Below are positions 26,771 to 32,000 of a stretch of 32,000 bases of DNA, piece after piece. A program made the translations under genes and the position numbers. The DNA comes from Opitutales bacterium (GTDB taxonomy: Bacteria; Verrucomicrobiota; Verrucomicrobiia; Opitutales; PNEW01), in contig CBDCNV010000002.1 in the NCBI GenBank assembly GCA_965219535.1, forward strand, positions 1,950,001 through 1,982,000. The letters run 5' to 3'. Each line of letters begins with the position of its first letter. Positions within the stretch are counted from its first letter, which is position 1. The notes below the pieces were generated by a model. The model saw only the letters and a list, made by a program, of their open reading frames with translations, was not told where the DNA came from and did no database searches.

Positions 26771-29700
26771 ATGAGTGTACAAGAAGTTAAAGAATTCTTA
26801 GGGTTCGATAAGGATCAGTCATTTGATACCGTGTCCATTTCCGTTGCTTCACCGGATACGATTCGCTCGTGGTCCCGGGGTGAGGTAAAGAATCCTGAAA
26901 CGATCAACTATAGAACATTTAAACCTGAACCAGGTGGTTTGTTCTGTCAGCGCATTTTTGGTCCCGTTCGCGACTACGAGTGTGCCTGTGGTAAATACAA
27001 ACGAATTAAGTACAAGGGTGTGGTTTGTGACCGCTGTGGTGTTGAAGTTACAGTTTCTCGAGTCCGCCGTGAGCGAATGGGGCATATTGAACTGGCCGTG
27101 CCCGTCACGCACATTTGGTTTCTGAAAAGCATGCCCAGCCGCCTTGGCCTTTTGATGGATATGACTGCGCGCAGCCTTGAACGTGTAATCTATTATGAGA
27201 ATTATATGGTGACTGATCCTGGAAAAACTCCACTTGAGCTTAAGCAACTGTTGACTGAGCAGGAGTACCAGCAGGCTGTCGATGAATATGGAGATGATGC
27301 TTTCGAAGCTTTGATGGGGGCTACAGCTCTTGGTGAAGTCTTAACAAAGATGGACATGAGTATCGTCATAGACGAGTTGCATGAACAGCTGCATAGCACG
27401 CGTTCGAAGCAAATTAAAAAGAAACTTTCAAGACGATTGAAAGTGGTCCAAGGATTTATCCATTCTAAAACTCGCCCTGAATGGATGGTGCTTGGAGCAT
27501 TACCCGTCATTCCACCAGATTTGCGCCCGCTTGTTCCCTTGGAAGGTGGACGGTTTGCAACAAGTGATCTCAACGATTTATACCGGCGTGTAATCAATCG
27601 CAATAACCGTTTAAAAAATCTGCTTCAACTGAAGACCCCGGATGTTATTATCCATAATGAGAAACGCATGTTACAGGAAGCTGTTGATGCGCTTCTTGAT
27701 AACGGGCGTCATGGACGTGCGGTTACGGGTGCGGGTAATCGGCCCCTTAAATCACTCAGTGATATGCTTAAAGGTAAGCAAGGTCGTTTTCGACAGAATC
27801 TATTAGGTAAAAGGGTAGATTACAGCGGGCGTTCAGTAATTGTTATCGGACCGGAATTGAAGCTGCATCAGTGTGGTCTTCCTAAAAAAATGGCGCTTGT
27901 TCTTTACGAACCATTTATCATACGCCGATTGAAAGAACTGGGCTTTGTACATACTGTGCGCGGTGCGCGTAAGATGATCGAAAAGCGTTCTCCCGAGGTT
28001 TGGGATATACTTGAGGAAGTTACCGAAGGACATCCTGTTCTGCTTAATCGTGCACCCACCTTGCATCGCCTTTCGATTCAAGCATTTGAACCGACACTTA
28101 TTGAGGGTGATGCGATTCGTCTGCACCCGCTGGTATGTCACGCCTATAATGCGGATTTCGATGGAGATCAGATGGCTGTGCATGTTCCCCTCTCTCTGGA
28201 AGCAATTCTTGAGGCCAAGATACTGATGATGAGCACACACAATATTTTCTCTCCTTCGAGCGGCGATCCTGTGCTTACTCCCTCGCAGGATGTTGTTTTA
28301 GGTGCCTACTACCTTACCCTGGAGCCGAGAAAAGAGGCTGCTAAAGAAGAAAGTTTACCTCTTTTGGCAAACTCACAAGAGGTAGAAATGGCAGAGATCG
28401 ATGAAGTCTTTAATAAGCATGATTGGATAAGGTATGTGAATCCGGACTTTGGTAGGGATACTGTTTATGGAAATAAAGACAGTAAAATAATTGTCACTAC
28501 TGTCGGGCGCGTGCTTTTTAACCAAATTTGGCCGAGCGAAATAGGGTTTATTAATTTTGCAGTCGCGAAATCAATCCTCGGTGACCTTATCCTGAACACC
28601 TATAAAACCGCTGGGCGCTTGAGTACCGTAGAGGTAGTTGATGCTTTAAAAGAACTTGGTTTTCAAATTGCCACGAGGGCTGGGATCTCAATTGGTACTG
28701 AGGACATGATCATTCCCGAAGACAAGGAGGAAATCGTCGATCATGCACGCGATCAGGTAAAAGAAGTCGAGAGTCAATACCGTAAGGGGATCATTACACA
28801 GGGTGAACGTTATAATAAGATAATTGATATCTGGACAAGTGCGACAGATGAAATAGCAAAATCCGTTTATGATCGCCTGCTGGACAATTTGGGTAAAGAT
28901 GAGATTAACCCTGTTTACCTGATGATGGATTCGGGAGCACGTGGTAACCGAGCGCAAATACGTCAACTTTGCGGCACTCGTGGTCTCATGGCGAAACCGT
29001 CGGGGGAGATTATTGAACGCCCAATTCTCTCGTCATTCCGAGAGGGACTAACCGTGTTGGAATACTTTATATCCACCCACGGAGCGCGAAAAGGATTGGC
29101 TGATACGGCTCTTAAAACAGCTGATGCTGGTTATCTCACACGGAAGTTATGTGATGTGGCGATGGATGTTATTATTACCTGTGACGACGACGGGAACCGG
29201 GATGGAATCATTAAGACAGCAATCTATGAAGGTGATGATGAGATCGTCAGTCTGCACGATCGTATCGTCGGTCGTTGTTCCTCTGATGATATTTTTAATC
29301 CTTCCGACGTTGATGATCTCGTCGTAGGTAACGGTGTTTTAATAACCGATGAAATGGCGCATAGGATTGATGAGTTGGGTATTGAAAGGGTGAAAATTAT
29401 GAGTCCGCTTACCCATACCCGCCGAGCCAGCCTTCCTGGCCAGGCGTACGGCATCAATCCGGCAACTAATTCATTGGTCAATATTGGTACCGCCGTAGGT
29501 ATTATCGCAGCACAATCCATTGGAGAACCGGGTACTCAGCTTACGATGCGAACCTTTCATATTGGTGGGATTGCCAGTCAGATATCTAAAAGTAATATAA
29601 TCCAAGTTCGCAATGCTGGCACCGTCAGATACCGAAGTCTGCGCATGGTCCAGGTAAATGAGGGAGTTAATGTAGTCATCAATAAGACGGGCGGAATTCT

Positions 29701-30925
29701 CATTACCGATGATAGCGGTAGGGAACTTGAAAATTATAACATCCCTGCCGGTGCGGTAATTTCCGTAGAAGATGGGGGTAAAATCAACAAAAATGACACC
29801 CTGGCTCAATGGGATCCACATAATGTGCCCATCCTTTCAGAGAAAGGTGGTGTGATTGGTTTCAAAGACATGATACCGGGAGTCACGGTCAAGAGAGAAC
29901 TCGACCCCGCCACTGGTCAGATAGCCACGGATGTCATTGAGCATAAAGAAGATTTAAGCCCACAGATCGAGATTTACGAAGCGAAAGCAAGCAAGGGATC
30001 AGAAAAGGCTGCGGCAGCAGCTAATAAAGGTAAGCTCTTATCCACCTACTCGATACCCACGGGTGCTCAGATTCAGGTTAATGAGAAAGATATTATAACA
30101 CCTGGATCTCTTCTCGCTAAAACTCCTCGTCAGGCTTTAAAGACTCAGGATATCACGGGCGGTTTGCCACGTGTAGCCGAGCTTTTTGAAGCGCGCCGAC
30201 CCAAAGAAGCCGCCGAAATGGCAAAAATTGATGGTATTGTTTCGATGGGTGGAATGGTCCGCGGTAAGAAAAAATTAATCGTCACTAATGAGGAATCGGA
30301 ACTTGCTGAGGAACATCTTATACCTCATAGCAAGCACATCGTGGTCCAGCCGGGTGACCTTGTATATAAAGGTCAGCATATTACTGAAGGTGCTGCTGAT
30401 CCCCACGAAATTCTTGAAATCCTCGGGCCCAATGCCGTGCAAGAATACCTAATGAGCGAAATTCAGAAAGTCTATCGCTTACAAGGTGTTTCGATTAATG
30501 ATAAGCACATTGAATTGATAATCAGCCAGATGTTGCGAAAAGTGCGTATCAATGATCCCGGGGACAGTGATTTCTTCTGGGGTGAACAGGTAGATAAAGA
30601 GTCATTTATGCAGGACAACGAACGTATCATCGATGCAGGTGGAAAACCTGCTGAAGGTGAACCCGTTTTACTGGGAATTACTAAATCTTCAATTGAAACG
30701 GAAAGCTTTATTTCCGCTGCTTCATTCCAGGAGACGACTCGTGTTCTTACCGATGCCGCCACCTTGGGTAAAGTCGATCAACTGAATGGCTTTAAAGAAA
30801 ACGTGATTATGGGTCATCTCATTCCTGCGGGAACGGGCTTACCCTTATATCGCCGCTTGCGTATTGATTCCTTGGGACCAGAATTACTAGAGAGCGAAAC
30901 GGTGGAGAAGGAAGAAGCCGGCTGA
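26771..30925 (+). CDS. rpoC: DNA-directed RNA polymerase subunit beta'
   Basis: 1384-aa ORF with a Zn finger CACGKY...CDRCGVEV, the catalytic NADFDGD motif and bridge-helix/trigger-loop regions. Confidence 0.98.
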   Translation: MSVQEVKEFLGFDKDQSFDTVSISVASPDTIRSWSRGEVKNPETINYRTFKPEPGGLFCQRIFGPVRDYECACGKYKRIKYKGVVCDRCGVEVTVSRVRRERMGHIELAVPVTHIWFLKSMPSRLGLLMDMTARSLERVIYYENYMVTDPGKTPLELKQLLTEQEYQQAVDEYGDDAFEALMGATALGEVLTKMDMSIVIDELHEQLHSTRSKQIKKKLSRRLKVVQGFIHSKTRPEWMVLGALPVIPPDLRPLVPLEGGRFATSDLNDLYRRVINRNNRLKNLLQLKTPDVIIHNEKRMLQEAVDALLDNGRHGRAVTGAGNRPLKSLSDMLKGKQGRFRQNLLGKRVDYSGRSVIVIGPELKLHQCGLPKKMALVLYEPFIIRRLKELGFVHTVRGARKMIEKRSPEVWDILEEVTEGHPVLLNRAPTLHRLSIQAFEPTLIEGDAIRLHPLVCHAYNADFDGDQMAVHVPLSLEAILEAKILMMSTHNIFSPSSGDPVLTPSQDVVLGAYYLTLEPRKEAAKEESLPLLANSQEVEMAEIDEVFNKHDWIRYVNPDFGRDTVYGNKDSKIIVTTVGRVLFNQIWPSEIGFINFAVAKSILGDLILNTYKTAGRLSTVEVVDALKELGFQIATRAGISIGTEDMIIPEDKEEIVDHARDQVKEVESQYRKGIITQGERYNKIIDIWTSATDEIAKSVYDRLLDNLGKDEINPVYLMMDSGARGNRAQIRQLCGTRGLMAKPSGEIIERPILSSFREGLTVLEYFISTHGARKGLADTALKTADAGYLTRKLCDVAMDVIITCDDDGNRDGIIKTAIYEGDDEIVSLHDRIVGRCSSDDIFNPSDVDDLVVGNGVLITDEMAHRIDELGIERVKIMSPLTHTRRASLPGQAYGINPATNSLVNIGTAVGIIAAQSIGEPGTQLTMRTFHIGGIASQISKSNIIQVRNAGTVRYRSLRMVQVNEGVNVVINKTGGILITDDSGRELENYNIPAGAVISVEDGGKINKNDTLAQWDPHNVPILSEKGGVIGFKDMIPGVTVKRELDPATGQIATDVIEHKEDLSPQIEIYEAKASKGSEKAAAAANKGKLLSTYSIPTGAQIQVNEKDIITPGSLLAKTPRQALKTQDITGGLPRVAELFEARRPKEAAEMAKIDGIVSMGGMVRGKKKLIVTNEESELAEEHLIPHSKHIVVQPGDLVYKGQHITEGAADPHEILEILGPNAVQEYLMSEIQKVYRLQGVSINDKHIELIISQMLRKVRINDPGDSDFFWGEQVDKESFMQDNERIIDAGGKPAEGEPVLLGITKSSIETESFISAASFQETTRVLTDAATLGKVDQLNGFKENVIMGHLIPAGTGLPLYRRLRIDSLGPELLESETVEKEEAG

Positions 30926-31082
30926 TATAAGCCAAAGGCTTGAGGTAAAAAGTTTAAATTATGGGATTGTTTCCATCCAGGAAGCAAAACCTGCGCTATA
31001 TTAAATATATTAAAATATGTCTTGATATAAGGGTAAGAAAGAATACCTTTTGCTCTTTCTATATTAAATTAAGCTGATCGAC

Positions 31083-31463
31083 ATGCCTACGTTCAATCAA
31101 TTAGTCAAAAGTCCACGCAGGATTGCGAAATCCAAAACAAAATCACCCGCCTTAAAAGGGAATCCTTTTAGGCGTGGGGTGTGTGTACAGGTCATGACTA
31201 GGACCCCGAAGAAGCCGAACTCGGCCATCCGAAAAGTGGCGAAAGTGCGGTTGACGAATGGGGTAGAAGTACTCGCTTACATTCCTGATGAAGGTCATAA
31301 TCTACAAGAACACAATATCGTACTCGTACGTGGTGGGCGAATAAGGGATCTTCCCGGTGTTCGTTACCATATCGTGCGTGGTGCACTCGATTGTCTGGGC
31401 GTGGACAAACGACGACGCAGTCGCTCCAAGTACGGAGTGAAGCGACCAAAGGCAGCTAATTAA
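31083..31463 (+). CDS. rpsL: 30S ribosomal protein S12
   Basis: 126-aa ORF containing TPKKPNSA and [13 protein letters not shown]. Confidence 0.97.
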   Translation: MPTFNQLVKSPRRIAKSKTKSPALKGNPFRRGVCVQVMTRTPKKPNSAIRKVAKVRLTNGVEVLAYIPDEGHNLQEHNIVLVRGGRIRDLPGVRYHIVRGALDCLGVDKRRRSRSKYGVKRPKAAN

Positions 31464-31465
31464 TT

Positions 31466-31485
31466 AAACGCTTTATGCGTTTTTT
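31466..31485 (+). promoter_or_regulatory. Small hairpin plus T-run in the rpsL-rpsG spacer (weak attenuator or possible S7 operator region)
   Basis: AAACGC-TTTAT-GCGTTT followed by extra T residues, read directly from the sequence. In E. coli, S7 autoregulation acts on the rpsL-rpsG intercistronic RNA. Confidence 0.25.
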
Positions 31486-31505
31486 CTGATTCCTGATATT
31501 TTATC

Positions 31506-31979
31506 ATGTCTCGTCGACGAAAAGCAGAGAAAAGAACCTTAATACCTGATCCCAGATACAGTAGCACTCTGGTCAGTCATCTCATCAATATTATCATGCA
31601 GGATGGAAAAAAGTCCACCGCTCAGAGGATCGTTTATGGTGCCTTTGAAGGCGTTAGTGAGAAATTGGAGAAAGGTGACCCCATAGATTTATTGCTTGGT
31701 GCTCTTGAAAACGTCAGGCCTAAACTTGAAGTTAAAAGTCGTCGTGTAGGAGGTCAAACATACCAGATTCCTATCGAAGTTACTTTTGAAAGACAACAAA
31801 GCTTGGCTTTACGTTGGATTCGTGATGCTGCAGTTCGTAAAAAAGGCGTTTCTCTGAAACTGGCGCTCGCCCAGGAAATCGTCGACGCTTATAATAATAC
31901 CGGTACGGTGGTTAAGAAAAAAGAAGATACCCATCGTATGGCACAAGCAAATCGCGCTTTTGCCCATTTACGCTGGTAG
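31506..31979 (+). CDS. rpsG: 30S ribosomal protein S7
   Basis: 157-aa ORF with [14 protein letters not shown] and a C-terminal RAFAHLRW. Confidence 0.97.
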   Translation: MSRRRKAEKRTLIPDPRYSSTLVSHLINIIMQDGKKSTAQRIVYGAFEGVSEKLEKGDPIDLLLGALENVRPKLEVKSRRVGGQTYQIPIEVTFERQQSLALRWIRDAAVRKKGVSLKLALAQEIVDAYNNTGTVVKKKEDTHRMAQANRAFAHLRW

Positions 31980-32000
31980 TGTTATCAACACTATCCTTTA

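Noticed and set aside
23255-30762. About 20 minus-strand and out-of-frame ORFs inside rpoB and rpoC
   Set aside because: All are nested in two unambiguous, full-length RNA polymerase genes. They are shadow ORFs.

Overview
The window has two parts. Positions ~18.2-32.0 kb hold a conserved translation/transcription core on the + strand: tRNA-Thr(GGU), tuf, tRNA-Trp, secE, nusG, rplK, rplA, rplJ, rplL, rpoB, rpoC, rpsL, rpsG. Positions 1-17.9 kb are a mixed housekeeping and accessory region. They encode a prepilin peptidase (runs off the left edge), a secreted protein I read as a PHM/DBH-like copper monooxygenase fold, tRNA-Thr(CGU), and two tandem TPR-sulfotransferase paralogs. These are followed by a small prepilin-type protein, a SAM methyltransferase, a cupin, a three-gene proton-translocating transhydrogenase (pntAA/pntAB/pntB), and a TPR-ExbB-ExbD-TonB-like operon. 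A P-loop / SnoaL-like / GNAT trio completes the region. I found no rRNA, CRISPR array, integrase, transposase, phage gene or recognisable defence system. The gene order, the prepilin-type protein and the apparently low GC content (judged by eye) suggest a PVC-superphylum organism (Verrucomicrobia or Lentisphaerae-like), but this is inference only. The best candidate for undescribed biology is the minus-strand locus at 1-7.8 kb. It co-locates homologues of three protein-modification chemistries (prepilin leader cleavage/N-methylation, PHM-like copper monooxygenase, TPST-like sulfotransferases with TPR substrate-binding arms) with a pilin-like protein. All functional links in that locus are hypotheses. 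Secondary observations are natural RpsL R88 and RpoB RRDR variants at known antibiotic-resistance positions, a recent 204-bp intragenic TPR duplication, a thrice-repeated 10-mer in a divergent promoter region, and an unusual rplA-rplJ-rplL spacing.
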